From an uncultured Pseudomonadales bacterium (GTDB lineage Bacteria; Pseudomonadota; Gammaproteobacteria; Pseudomonadales; Azotimanducaceae): 64,000 bases of DNA. A program made the position numbers and the translations under genes. Location: assembly GCA_938084225.1 (NCBI GenBank), contig CALKDT010000030.1, positions 24,550 to 88,549 of the forward strand, written 5' to 3'. Under the pieces are notes generated by a model. The model ran no database searches. It saw nothing but the letters and a program-made list of their open reading frames with translations, and had not been told where the DNA came from. Below, piece by piece: positions 1 to 9,345 of this stretch (position 1 is its first letter; every line of letters starts with the position of its first letter).

Positions 1-1
1 C

Positions 2-607
2 TATCTGTTATTTGAAACCCAAGGTCCAGAGAACCTGTCGGTACGAGAAGTCTATTCCGGAGGTGCCCCCCATAACCTCTACGAGACGGTGCGAGGGGTC
101 ATGCAGCATCTCGATAGAAGCTGCGAAGATGGCGTCTATTGCCGATACGTGGATGAAGACAGCACTATACCGTTTGCTACCGACCGGATTTTCCCAGGTT
201 TCCTAAGTTACACAGACACCGGGCTTTCACTTGACGACGTGGTGACGGGTGAAACAATCAACCCGGAGTTTGTCACGGCGTTCCTTGGTAACGACCCTGA
301 GTTGGATGATTTTAAAGCAATGTTACAGCTGAGTAGCTTTACGCAAATAGTGTCGGCTGAAGATAACCTTTCAGGCTCAAACGCGCTAGTTCACCTTTAT
401 CACTCGCCATTCGACCGACTGGTGCCGTTTGCCAACACTTCAGAGCTGGCTGCTGTACTTGAACCTGCGGTAACCGTCGACTTTCACGAGAACCGCTGCA
501 ATTCAGATAGCTACAAGGCTATTTTTAACCTGACAAATAAAGTCGGTGTATTACACACCCTTTGCGGGCTTTCTGTTCTGGATGATGCACTAGCAGACTT
601 TAAGTAG
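2..607 (+). CDS. C-terminal part of a hydrolase-like protein (gene start lies upstream of the window)
   Basis: Frame 2 is open from base 2 to the TAG at 605-607, and the track ORF 89-607 starts at an internal GTG. LVHLYHSPFDRLVPF and VGVLHTLCG resemble the Asp and His strands of alpha/beta hydrolases or lipases. The family call is by eye only. Confidence 0.4.
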   Translation, partial: YLLFETQGPENLSVREVYSGGAPHNLYETVRGVMQHLDRSCEDGVYCRYVDEDSTIPFATDRIFPGFLSYTDTGLSLDDVVTGETINPEFVTAFLGNDPELDDFKAMLQLSSFTQIVSAEDNLSGSNALVHLYHSPFDRLVPFANTSELAAVLEPAVTVDFHENRCNSDSYKAIFNLTNKVGVLHTLCGLSVLDDALADFK

Positions 608-609
608 CG

Positions 610-1323
610 CTAGTGGATTTCAGCCTGCCCTTTCCAAGCTTCCCTTAACTTTTCCATATTGAAGCCTGGTTTTTGCGAAGCTTCAATGACAATGTGCTCG
701 CGGGCCATTATCTTTGCGGCTTCTTCAACGATGGCTTCGGCATCTCCCGCAGGAACAACAACGGCGCCATGCATATCAGCATGAACCAGGTTTGCATGAC
801 TGACTTCCATTCCATGGACATTAACGTCACCCCCCCAATCAACAACGTTCACAAAAGCATGTGATGGATTGATCATGCCTGCGAGCATCTGAAACTTTTC
901 CTGACTATCGGGAATATCCCGTACGCTGCCATTCGTAACAACACCAAGACAGCCCAGCCCAAAATGAATATTGGTATTCACCTCACCCCAGTAGGCGCCA
1001 TACCCTGGGGTGTCATCGACATCCTGGACAATCGCGATACTGGGCATCGGCCCACCTTCAGCAATGTATTGATAATATCCATCAGCATCCATCCTTTTTG
1101 CCGGCCTATGGGCGGCTCGGATTCGCACAGTTCGGGCGAAGCCAAGCATCGGCGAAAGCGCGGGCCTGACACAGACAAACGGGCGAATATTGAATCCCCA
1201 TGCACGGCGACCTGGGTTCACAACTTCAAGCGCGTTGCAGACAGTTGGCGTGTCCAGCGCTAATAAAGCATTCCATATTTCTGATGATGTTTCTGGTGAT
1301 AACGGTATGGATGGGTCGGTCAT
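610..1323 (-). CDS. RraA family protein (RNase E inhibitor RraA / 4-hydroxy-4-methyl-2-oxoglutarate aldolase-like)
   Basis: 237-aa ORF with an ATG start. Typical RraA/DMQ-methyltransferase-family stretches are present: TPTVCNALE, GYGAYWGEV, NGSVRD, GDVNVHGMEV. Confidence 0.75.
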   Translation of the reverse strand: MTDPSIPLSPETSSEIWNALLALDTPTVCNALEVVNPGRRAWGFNIRPFVCVRPALSPMLGFARTVRIRAAHRPAKRMDADGYYQYIAEGGPMPSIAIVQDVDDTPGYGAYWGEVNTNIHFGLGCLGVVTNGSVRDIPDSQEKFQMLAGMINPSHAFVNVVDWGGDVNVHGMEVSHANLVHADMHGAVVVPAGDAEAIVEEAAKIMAREHIVIEASQKPGFNMEKLREAWKGQAEIH

Positions 1324-1341
1324 TGTTCGTCCTTAAATGGC

Positions 1342-1755
1342 TCAGGGGTCGATCGGGTATTCGTCAAATTGTGGTGTTTCCCCACCAATCATATCCCAGC
1401 TGGCTTTTGAGCCAACAAAGATATGGCGCGCAAGGATGACTTTGGGGTCATCATTCAGACAGCCCAACGAAACCCCATGAACCTCGCCGTTAAAGACCCC
1501 GCACAAGGTAGAACCACAGACCCTACAGAATTGCAGGCCCGCACTTTCTTTATTCACATAGGAAGTTAACAGCGCTTCACCTTTGCGCCATCTGAATGTA
1601 CCCGGCTGCACCAGAGCATAGGCTGACCCCGCGCCGCTAAAAGCCTTCCTGCATCTGGAACAGTGACAAGACCTAGCATCGAACAAATCGCCAGAAATCT
1701 CAAAGGCCACCTCTCCACAAAAACATTCTCCTGTAATCGCCATTGCCGTATCCAT
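1342..1755 (-). CDS. GFA family protein (glutathione-dependent formaldehyde-activating / CENP-V-like zinc protein)
   Basis: 137-aa ORF with the Cys-rich pattern CFCGEV...CHCSRCRK...FCRVCGS that is characteristic of GFA domains. Confidence 0.8.
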   Translation of the reverse strand: MDTAMAITGECFCGEVAFEISGDLFDARSCHCSRCRKAFSGAGSAYALVQPGTFRWRKGEALLTSYVNKESAGLQFCRVCGSTLCGVFNGEVHGVSLGCLNDDPKVILARHIFVGSKASWDMIGGETPQFDEYPIDP

Positions 1756-2008
1756 TTTTGCCTATCGAATGATTCTAACGTTTTCCGGGATGTATTTCGT
1801 GATCGCGGCCAGGATGATTTACCCATCGCAAATAAAACCTGACCGGGTAACGTCAAGACAGTTCTCGAGCCATCTTTTACTCACTAGCCTTAACCGAGGT
1901 ACAAGTTCAGCCACATGATGGAAAGCGCAACGGGCGGCAGTTGGCAGGCAGCGAAGAGAATTTCCTACGTCACTTTTATCGTACTGTTTGGACTCGCCAC
2001 CAGGCTCA

Positions 2009-2995
2009 TCAGCGCCGCGGGGAAAATACAATCCGGCCCTTCGATTGCCTGTTCGCCAATCGCTGTAGCATCTCGGGCAGTTGATCAAATCCGACTACCG
2101 CATCAATCAGGGGACTAATCTTATCTTGCATCAACAGGGTGTAGAGTGCTCGGTAGCAGTCCTCAAAGGGCTTATCGTCCCTGCCCCGATACCCACCCAT
2201 ATGAACGCCAACGAGCGAGTAATTTTTTACCAGTGCGTGATTCATGGGCGCACTTGGAATAGTCCCCGCTGCAAAACCAATGATCAAGTACCGCCCCTCC
2301 CAAGCGACCAGCCTTCTGGCCACATCAAAATAATGAGCACCGACCGGGTCGTAGACAACATCCACACCGCGACCATCGGTCAACGACATAACTTTTTCGT
2401 AGAGATCCTCACTGTTGTAGTCCACTACTTCATCAGCACCCATCTGGAGGCAAGCGTTTGTTTTCTCAGCGCCTCCCGCTGCCGCAACCACCCAGCAACC
2501 ATGAACTTTTGCAAGTTCAACAGCAGCAGCTCCCACGCCACCGGCCGCCGCAAGCACCAGCACCGTTTCGCCCGACTGAAGGTTTCCCCGAAGATGGAGT
2601 CCAAACCAGGCCGTGCCGTAAGTCACATGCATCGCGGCTGCTTTGACGGGATCTACCCCGACATCCAGCCCTGTCGCTTGCCTGCCCGGAATAAAACATT
2701 CTTCTGCGTAGCCGCCAAAACCCTTATAAGTAGGCCCGATAACCCGATCTCCTAACGCATGACCGGAATTCTCGCCCACTTCTATGACTTTACCGACAGC
2801 ATTCATTCCCGGCGTAAAGGGCGTATCCAGTTTCACTTGATAACTGCCCTGGCACTGCAGGATGTCAGCAAAATTAAGGTCAACAGCTTCGACTTCAATT
2901 CTACAGACACCTTTAGGTGGGATAGGCAAAGCCACTTCCCCAATGGAAAGGTTCGTCCAAGGATCACCCAACTCTTTAATCTGCCAGGCTTTCAT
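2009..2995 (-). CDS. NADPH:quinone oxidoreductase, zinc-type medium-chain dehydrogenase/reductase family
   Basis: 328-aa ORF. It has an MKAW...GDP N-terminus, the nucleotide-binding motif LVLAAAGGVGAAAVELAK and a C-terminal GRIVF, which is a typical Qor-like MDR layout. Confidence 0.85.
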   Translation of the reverse strand: MKAWQIKELGDPWTNLSIGEVALPIPPKGVCRIEVEAVDLNFADILQCQGSYQVKLDTPFTPGMNAVGKVIEVGENSGHALGDRVIGPTYKGFGGYAEECFIPGRQATGLDVGVDPVKAAAMHVTYGTAWFGLHLRGNLQSGETVLVLAAAGGVGAAAVELAKVHGCWVVAAAGGAEKTNACLQMGADEVVDYNSEDLYEKVMSLTDGRGVDVVYDPVGAHYFDVARRLVAWEGRYLIIGFAAGTIPSAPMNHALVKNYSLVGVHMGGYRGRDDKPFEDCYRALYTLLMQDKISPLIDAVVGFDQLPEMLQRLANRQSKGRIVFSPRR

Positions 2996-3049
2996 AACTT
3001 ATTCATGGCTACTTGTTCATCAAAAAAAGTCCACAAGAAAGTTCCCATG

Positions 3050-4579
3050 CTATTTCAGGATGAATTTGTTGAGCTTATCGCCACGACTCGCGAGACCACT
3101 AGATCCGATCATGTCTTCCTGGGTCATCTTCTCGAGCACATCGCTTTCATCGTCAACCATAGCAACGAACCTCTCGGCCTTCGGGTCACCCAACTCACCT
3201 AGCCTGCCAATGACTACGCCTTGCTGGGGCTGGTTATCACGACCATAGAGCACTGTATAAGTCTCGATCGTTGCTTCTCCGTTTGGTGATTCGGTAGAAG
3301 GCGTGTCGGGCACATCGTCCAAAACCTTTTGGTAGGAAGCAGGGTCGGTACGACTCCAATCTCCTTCAACGGGGTTTGTCGAGTAGATACCGGCAGCATG
3401 CTTGCTAAAGTAACCGCCGTTCGCCGTCACAAGCCCATAACTGCCCCTATCTTCTCGGACCTTTTCGACCATTGCCGCAATAGAGTTCATCACATAGTTA
3501 TTTCCGGCACCGCCATGGAAGGGCAGCCCGCCCGTGATTGTCAGTTGCCGCGGGTCGTCAACTGACATACCAAACGTATCCCTGGCCATCGCCACGGCAC
3601 TGGGAAAACAGGAATAAAAATCGATGTGCTGCATATCATCAATGCCAAGGCTCCCGCTCGCACTATTGTTGGCAAATACCTGCTCTGCCATCACCCGCAT
3701 GGCTTCACTCGAGTAATAATTCTGCCTACCAAGGATACTTTTCTCCTTGGTGTCAGAACATCCATGCAGATAGATGAACTTATCGTCGCTGATACCGAGC
3801 TTTCTCGCCTGCTCGACCGAGGTAAGAAGCAGCGCAGCAGACTGGTTAATCTGGTTCATCGCATTCATATACTTAGTATATGGCCAGGCCACGTAACGGT
3901 TATTAACGGTGGCGGTCGCAATCTCTGCAGCGCTACGCTGGACGGGGTACCAGGCATGTGAACTCTTCGCTGCGACCTCGGTAAACCGGGTAAACAGTTC
4001 ACCCAGTCCCAACTGGTGTTCCTCAACGGAATGTCCCAGCTGGTGCCGCCGCGCATTTTCGCTCATTGCATAGAAGCCTGGCGCAAGCCAAAGGCCGTGC
4101 TGTTGCTCATGGGCCGTACTGAGCTCTACATCTTCCACCAGGTAACTCGGATCACAGGTCGCAACTTCCTGCCAAGGTGGTTGCTCTCCCGTGGCTTTAA
4201 CGATTTTCCGCGCTGTTGCCATAGCTTCTGCCCCCGCGAACATGACAAACTGGGATTCCCCATTCGCAATGGCCTCACTGAAGCGGTTAACCAGGTATTG
4301 CGGCCCGTTGCCGCCATTAGGCATCAACCATTGGGTTGCATCGGTCGCGCCTATTCTATTCGCTAGTACCTCAGGAGAATTGCGGGTCGATTCCCGAAAA
4401 CTTTTCACAATAACCAAGGAATCAAGACCGGCAAGACTAGCCCTGGAAATACCAGCATCCTCCACAGCCTTGTAAGCTGCCTGCTCCATCAGGTCCAGCA
4501 CCGAAGAACTATCAACATCAAACTCACGTTCCGTCACCTGGCCAACACCTACCAGCACCGGCATAGACTTCTCACCCAT
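3050..4579 (-). CDS. Thiolase-like protein (annotated in relatives as acetyl-CoA acetyltransferase) with a C-terminal extension
   Basis: ORF of about 509 aa. The track start at 4582 is TTG, with ATG at 4579 and 4564. It shows thiolase-like segments (VGVGQ..., FYSCFPSAV, GGLPFHGGAGNNY, NGGYFSKH) followed by a tail of about 100 aa. Confidence 0.7.
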   Translation of the reverse strand: MGEKSMPVLVGVGQVTEREFDVDSSSVLDLMEQAAYKAVEDAGISRASLAGLDSLVIVKSFRESTRNSPEVLANRIGATDATQWLMPNGGNGPQYLVNRFSEAIANGESQFVMFAGAEAMATARKIVKATGEQPPWQEVATCDPSYLVEDVELSTAHEQQHGLWLAPGFYAMSENARRHQLGHSVEEHQLGLGELFTRFTEVAAKSSHAWYPVQRSAAEIATATVNNRYVAWPYTKYMNAMNQINQSAALLLTSVEQARKLGISDDKFIYLHGCSDTKEKSILGRQNYYSSEAMRVMAEQVFANNSASGSLGIDDMQHIDFYSCFPSAVAMARDTFGMSVDDPRQLTITGGLPFHGGAGNNYVMNSIAAMVEKVREDRGSYGLVTANGGYFSKHAAGIYSTNPVEGDWSRTDPASYQKVLDDVPDTPSTESPNGEATIETYTVLYGRDNQPQQGVVIGRLGELGDPKAERFVAMVDDESDVLEKMTQEDMIGSSGLASRGDKLNKFILK

Positions 4580-4665
4580 CAAACTTTTCCCACTCCAGAA
4601 TCAGCATTGAGTATATCGCTGTACAGCAGAGAAGAAATTTTTTCGCTAAAAAAGACTCTTTACAT

Positions 4666-4678
4666 ACCGACGGTCGGT
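4666..4678. promoter_or_regulatory. Perfect 6-1-6 palindrome ACCGACGGTCGGT, candidate TetR operator
   Basis: The palindrome was read directly. It lies 17 bp upstream of the TetR ATG (4695), in the divergent intergenic region between the thiolase-like gene and the TetR/Lol-like operon. Confidence 0.3.
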
Positions 4679-4694
4679 TTGTTAAAGTTTTCAC

Positions 4695-5453
4695 ATGCGA
4701 AAATCAAGCACACGTTCCGACTCCCGCAAAGAGGACTTCCTTGACCTGGCTGAAGAGCTCTTTGCCTACCTGGGTTATCAAAACACTTCAGTTGATCGTC
4801 TTATTTCCGGCCTTGGGGTTTCCAAGGGCGCTTTTTACCACCACTTCAAATCGAAGTCTGACCTGCTTGATGCCGCGCTTGAGCGCATGTTGCTGCGTGC
4901 TGAAGCACAACTGGAAGAAGTTCTTGTGGCTAAAGCACCGGCGCTTGAAAAACTGCAGAAGTTTGTCGTCGCTCTAGACTCGGCAACAAAACAAAACCGC
5001 AGGTCTTCACTACAAATCGGTGAATTTCTGCTGCAGGATGCGAATGCCATGCTGCTCGTTCGTCATCGCCGCGCCGCTCGCGACCGCTTCGTTCCGGTAT
5101 TGACAACCATCATTGAACAGGGCGTTGGGGAGGGCGACTTCCATCTCGACAATCCGCAACTTGTCGCTCGAGTCGTTTGGGAAATTGGCGAAGCGATGGA
5201 GGAAGCATTGGCACGACCGTTAATACTGGCAACCGACAAGCCGATAGAACCCAACGAATTCTTAAGTATTTACAACACCTATGTACGCGCGATCGAACGG
5301 GTCATCGGCGCACCGGAGGGGTCCCTGTCACTGGTCGATGAGCTAATGATTCAATCCTGGATTGAGTCGGTTTCAAATAATATCGCCCGAACCGACCGTA
5401 TCGACTCGCGCACCACCGTCTTGCCTATGTTTCCGGGCCGCGAGAAATCTTAA
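4695..5453 (+). CDS. TetR/AcrR family transcriptional regulator
   Basis: 252-aa ORF with an N-terminal HTH of TetR type: LAEELFAYLGYQNTSVDRLISGLGVSKGAFYHHFKSK. Confidence 0.85.
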   Translation: MRKSSTRSDSRKEDFLDLAEELFAYLGYQNTSVDRLISGLGVSKGAFYHHFKSKSDLLDAALERMLLRAEAQLEEVLVAKAPALEKLQKFVVALDSATKQNRRSSLQIGEFLLQDANAMLLVRHRRAARDRFVPVLTTIIEQGVGEGDFHLDNPQLVARVVWEIGEAMEEALARPLILATDKPIEPNEFLSIYNTYVRAIERVIGAPEGSLSLVDELMIQSWIESVSNNIARTDRIDSRTTVLPMFPGREKS

Positions 5454-5476
5454 CTTAAGCTCAAAAGGACGAAAAA

Positions 5477-6205
5477 ATGTTTCGATTGCTTCTGCTCTTA
5501 TCTCTGACATGCCCCGCGATTGCCTCGGAAGAACGTGCCCGTGAGATCATCGACGAAATGGAGCAGCTGTACCGTGGGGACTCCAGCGACGCCACCATGA
5601 CGATGCAGGTGCAAACGCCAAACTACAACCGGACATTAACAATGACGGCCCAGTCCTTCGGTAAGGATTACGGATTCTTCCGAATCCAGGCCCCAAAAAA
5701 GGATCGAGGTATCGCCACCCTGAAACGCGATGAAGAGATGTGGAACTACTTCCCCAAAATCAACAAGGTCATCAAGGTTCCCCCATCCATGATGATGGGA
5801 TCCTGGATGGGCAGCGACTTCACCAATGACGACCTTGTGAAAGAGACACAGCTCATCGACGCGTACGCTCTCGCACTGATCGAAACAGAGGACGAGTATA
5901 AGGTCACGCTCACACCAAGGGAACAAACAGTCACCGTCTGGGACAGGATCGAATACACCATTTCAAAAGATCCATTGCTGCCACTGTCGCAAGCGTTCTT
6001 CGATGACGATGGCGAAAAGATCCGCGAACTGACCTTTCATGAACCGAAAGAATACTACGGCAAATTGATGCCCTCTATTTTGGAAATGAGGCCACTCAAC
6101 AAAGAGGGTCATCTGACTCGCATTATGTACGACGACATTAAGTTCAATGTACCCGAAATCACTAAGGACACCTTTTCACTCCGAAACCTAAAGTCGCGGT
6201 TCTAG
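5477..6205 (+). CDS. Periplasmic LolA-like (outer membrane lipoprotein-sorting-like) protein
   Basis: 242-aa ORF with a signal peptide (MFRLLLLLSLTCPAIA/SEE) and an AAGGA SD. Its size and position directly upstream of two FtsX permeases match LolA_like proteins. The fold assignment is an inference. Confidence 0.6.
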   Translation: MFRLLLLLSLTCPAIASEERAREIIDEMEQLYRGDSSDATMTMQVQTPNYNRTLTMTAQSFGKDYGFFRIQAPKKDRGIATLKRDEEMWNYFPKINKVIKVPPSMMMGSWMGSDFTNDDLVKETQLIDAYALALIETEDEYKVTLTPREQTVTVWDRIEYTISKDPLLPLSQAFFDDDGEKIRELTFHEPKEYYGKLMPSILEMRPLNKEGHLTRIMYDDIKFNVPEITKDTFSLRNLKSRF

Positions 6206-6207
6206 TC

Positions 6208-7428
6208 ATGCTGACTTTCCAAATTGCCTTTCGAAACATCCTGCGTCAAAAACGACGTTCGCTACTGACCGGCCTCAGCATGACCGGCGGCTACATGCTC
6301 TTTGTTTTAGGCTATTCAATACTTGAGGGCAGCTATGGCAACGCCATCGACATATTTACGCTGGATAACACCGGACACATCCAGATTCATCAGGACGACT
6401 ACCTGGACCGCCCAAAAATTTACAAGACAATCCAGAACCGAGATCAGGTAGAGCTCGCGTTAACCGACGCTCCCGATGTCAAAAGTTTTACCCCTAGAGT
6501 TTTTTCTCCGGCCCTCGCCTATGCCGGGGACAGAACGGCACCTTCACGGCTCGTCGGGATCGACGCTGATCTCGAGCCTACGGTCTCCCGCCTGCTTCAG
6601 AAAGTCTCCAAAGGGACCTATTTTTCAAGCTTACCCAACACTGATGGATACTATGAAGCAATGATCGGCCGAGGTCTTCACATCACTTTGAAACTTGAGG
6701 TAGGTGACGAAATCGTACTGATCTCTTCAGGGGGCGACGGATCAATCGCAAACGACATCTTTGTGGTCTCTGCCATCATCGGCAACAAAACCTCGTTTGA
6801 TCGCATGGCGGTTTACCTTCCACTCGCTGCCGCACAGGAGTTCCTGTCGCTCGGCAATGATGTGCACGAGTATGTGCTACTGGTAAACAACAAAGATCAT
6901 AATGAAAAAATTGCCAATGAACTGTCCGCGCAGCTACCCGAGCTGACCGTTTCACCGTGGCAAAAAGTCGAGGCTACTTTTTATCGCACCATGCAAGCCG
7001 ACAGGCAGGGCAACTATTTTACGATGGGCCTGATTATATTTATCGTTTTTATTGGCGTGCTGAATACGGTCCTGATGTCCGTACTTGAAAGAACAAGAGA
7101 GTTCGGTGTGTTGCGAGCCATCGGTAGTCGCCCCATGCAACTGGTTCGGCTGATTTCACTTGAAACATTTATTATGGCTTTCATCAGTGTCACGGTGGGC
7201 CTTCTGCTGATACTACCCATCATTTACTGGTCGGCGGAAGTGGGCTTTCTGCTACCCGAGCCTATCGATATGGGCGGTATAAAATTCCAGCATTTAAAGG
7301 GTGAAATGTCAGCTCGTATATTCTGGATACCCATGGCCTTTATCCTTGCCACTGCCGTACTTATCAGCATACCACCGGGATTTCGAGCAGCCAGGATTCT
7401 GCCCAAAGAAGCAATGGGGAGTCACTGA
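6208..7428 (+). CDS. ABC transporter permease, FtsX/MacB/LolC-LolE type
   Basis: 406 aa. It has an N-terminal TM (FRNILRQKRRS), a large periplasmic domain and the C-terminal FtsX 3-TM block (ERTREFGVLRAIGS). Confidence 0.85.
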   Translation: MLTFQIAFRNILRQKRRSLLTGLSMTGGYMLFVLGYSILEGSYGNAIDIFTLDNTGHIQIHQDDYLDRPKIYKTIQNRDQVELALTDAPDVKSFTPRVFSPALAYAGDRTAPSRLVGIDADLEPTVSRLLQKVSKGTYFSSLPNTDGYYEAMIGRGLHITLKLEVGDEIVLISSGGDGSIANDIFVVSAIIGNKTSFDRMAVYLPLAAAQEFLSLGNDVHEYVLLVNNKDHNEKIANELSAQLPELTVSPWQKVEATFYRTMQADRQGNYFTMGLIIFIVFIGVLNTVLMSVLERTREFGVLRAIGSRPMQLVRLISLETFIMAFISVTVGLLLILPIIYWSAEVGFLLPEPIDMGGIKFQHLKGEMSARIFWIPMAFILATAVLISIPPGFRAARILPKEAMGSH

Positions 7429-8648
7429 TGCTGACATTCAAACTGGCGTTTCGGAACCTCTTTCGAAACACGCGAAGAACGATCCTCACTTCGGTGCTCA
7501 TCAGCGCTTCGCTGATTGTGCTGATTCTGGTGGACGGACTCATGCTTGGAATGACGAACGTCATGATAGGCGGGATTACTCATACCCTGGAAGGTGAAGC
7601 CCAGGTGGTGCGAAAAGGTTTTCGAAATAACTTTGAGGTGGAATACACCATTGATGATCCGACAAGCGTCATCAACCAAATCGAGAATAGCAAGGCTGTC
7701 GAGGGTTACGGACCAAGGGTTATTATTGGCGGCATGATCGCCTCTAGCTACAACACGACTGGCAGCCTGGTCTATGGGGTAGATGCTCAGCAGGAGCTAA
7801 GGGTCAGCAGGATCTCGGAGGCAGTTATTGAAGGGCGATACCTGTCCGGGGGATCCAGGGAGATCCTTATCGGCAAACCCATGGCTGACCTGCTCGAGGT
7901 CAAACTTGGAGACCGATTGATCATCACAGCGGCGACCGTCGATACTAACGAGATTACCCAGGAGCTATTTCGCCTGAGTGGGATTTTCGAATTCGGCCCC
8001 GAGGAAATGGACAAAAATCTCGTGTTCATCAATCTGGATAAAGCACAAAGCGTTCTTGGCATGAAAGGAAACCTGCACCAGATTGCCGTGCGCTTTATAG
8101 ACCCCGAAGACGCCAAAAACCCGGAATTGCCGATATTCAAGCAACTCACCAATGAAAAAAACGAGGCGCTTGGATGGCTGAACCTGCAACCCTCGATCGG
8201 CGCAATGATAGAGATGTCCAGCTACTCCACGGCGATAGTAGGTACCATTCTCTTTTTACTGACATCACTTGGGGTCATCAACTCAATGTTTATGTCGATT
8301 TATGAACGGATCTATGAATTCGGCGTGGCAAAAGCCATCGGTACAACTCCCTGGCAGATTATTCAGTTGGTCTTGTTCGAGGCACTACTATTGGCACTCA
8401 TCAGTTGCGCTTTTGGCTTGACACTAGGGTATCTCCTTGGTGACTACTTTTCGATCAACGGCATCCCCATGGGAAAAATGGAAGTCTCTGGTGTCCTCTT
8501 AGATGGCAACTTATATACCCAGTTGGCGCTATACCAGTTTGTGAATTTTCCGATTTACGTGACTTTACTAACACTTGCCGCCGCTATTTACCCCGCGACC
8601 TTCGCGTCCCGAATCGTGCCTACAGAGGCACTCCAAAGAGCACTTTAG
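7428..8648 (+). CDS. ABC transporter permease, FtsX/MacB/LolC-LolE type (second copy)
   Basis: 406 aa with the same architecture (FRNLFRNTRRT ... ERIYEFGVAKAIGT). Its ATG overlaps the upstream TGA (TGATG at 7426-7430). Confidence 0.85.
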   Translation: MLTFKLAFRNLFRNTRRTILTSVLISASLIVLILVDGLMLGMTNVMIGGITHTLEGEAQVVRKGFRNNFEVEYTIDDPTSVINQIENSKAVEGYGPRVIIGGMIASSYNTTGSLVYGVDAQQELRVSRISEAVIEGRYLSGGSREILIGKPMADLLEVKLGDRLIITAATVDTNEITQELFRLSGIFEFGPEEMDKNLVFINLDKAQSVLGMKGNLHQIAVRFIDPEDAKNPELPIFKQLTNEKNEALGWLNLQPSIGAMIEMSSYSTAIVGTILFLLTSLGVINSMFMSIYERIYEFGVAKAIGTTPWQIIQLVLFEALLLALISCAFGLTLGYLLGDYFSINGIPMGKMEVSGVLLDGNLYTQLALYQFVNFPIYVTLLTLAAAIYPATFASRIVPTEALQRAL

Positions 8649-8657
8649 GATCTATTC

Positions 8658-9344
8658 ATGACTAACCTAATTGAAACCAGAGACCTGTGTCGCACGTTTG
8701 GCAGCGAAGAAACGAAAGTGACCGCACTTGATCATGTGTCTATCAATATTGAACAAGGTGAGTTCACCGCCATCATTGGCCCATCTGGCTCGGGGAAAAC
8801 GACACTACTGCACCTGATTGGTGGCCTGGACGAACCAAACAGTGGTTCAGTTACGTTGTCCGGCAGCAATATTGCAGACATGAGCGGCAACCAGCTTTCT
8901 GATTTTCGTCGCGATCACATTGGTTTCATCTTTCAGGCTTACAACCTGATACCCGTCCTATCAGCTGAAGAGAATATCGAGTACATCATGCTACTGCAGG
9001 GCATAAGCGCTGCAGAAAGGAAGAAACGCGTGAAAGAAATGCTGGCGATGGTCGAACTGGAGGGCCTGGGTGACAGAAGGCCCTCGCATCTTTCGGGCGG
9101 GCAGCAACAACGCGTCGCGGTAGCAAGGGCAATGGCCTCTAACCCGGACATCATTCTTGCTGACGAACCTACAGCAAACCTCGATTCCAAAACGGGGATA
9201 AGCTTATTGGAAGTCATGCGTGATCTGAACCAGCAGCGTAAAATGACCTTTGTGTTCTCTACCCACGACGAGAAGATTATGGACCGCGCTACCCGACTTA
9301 TTTATTTGCGTGACGGCAAGGTTGAACGGGACGAGCGCAAGTAG
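8658..9344 (+). CDS. ABC transporter ATP-binding protein (LolD/MacB-type)
   Basis: 228 aa with Walker A GPSGSGKTT, Q-loop, signature LSGGQQQRVAVARA and Walker B ILADEPT. Confidence 0.9.
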   Translation: MTNLIETRDLCRTFGSEETKVTALDHVSINIEQGEFTAIIGPSGSGKTTLLHLIGGLDEPNSGSVTLSGSNIADMSGNQLSDFRRDHIGFIFQAYNLIPVLSAEENIEYIMLLQGISAAERKKRVKEMLAMVELEGLGDRRPSHLSGGQQQRVAVARAMASNPDIILADEPTANLDSKTGISLLEVMRDLNQQRKMTFVFSTHDEKIMDRATRLIYLRDGKVERDERK

Positions 9345-9345
9345 C

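Noticed and set aside
9250-9345. Long N-terminal extensions of track ORFs (9250, 10259, 29787, 39097, 24686, 46038)
   Set aside because: The extensions overlap the preceding genes or lack coding character. In each case an internal start gives a canonical N-terminus (signal peptide, Rossmann motif, conserved family start) and a sensible SD or coupling.
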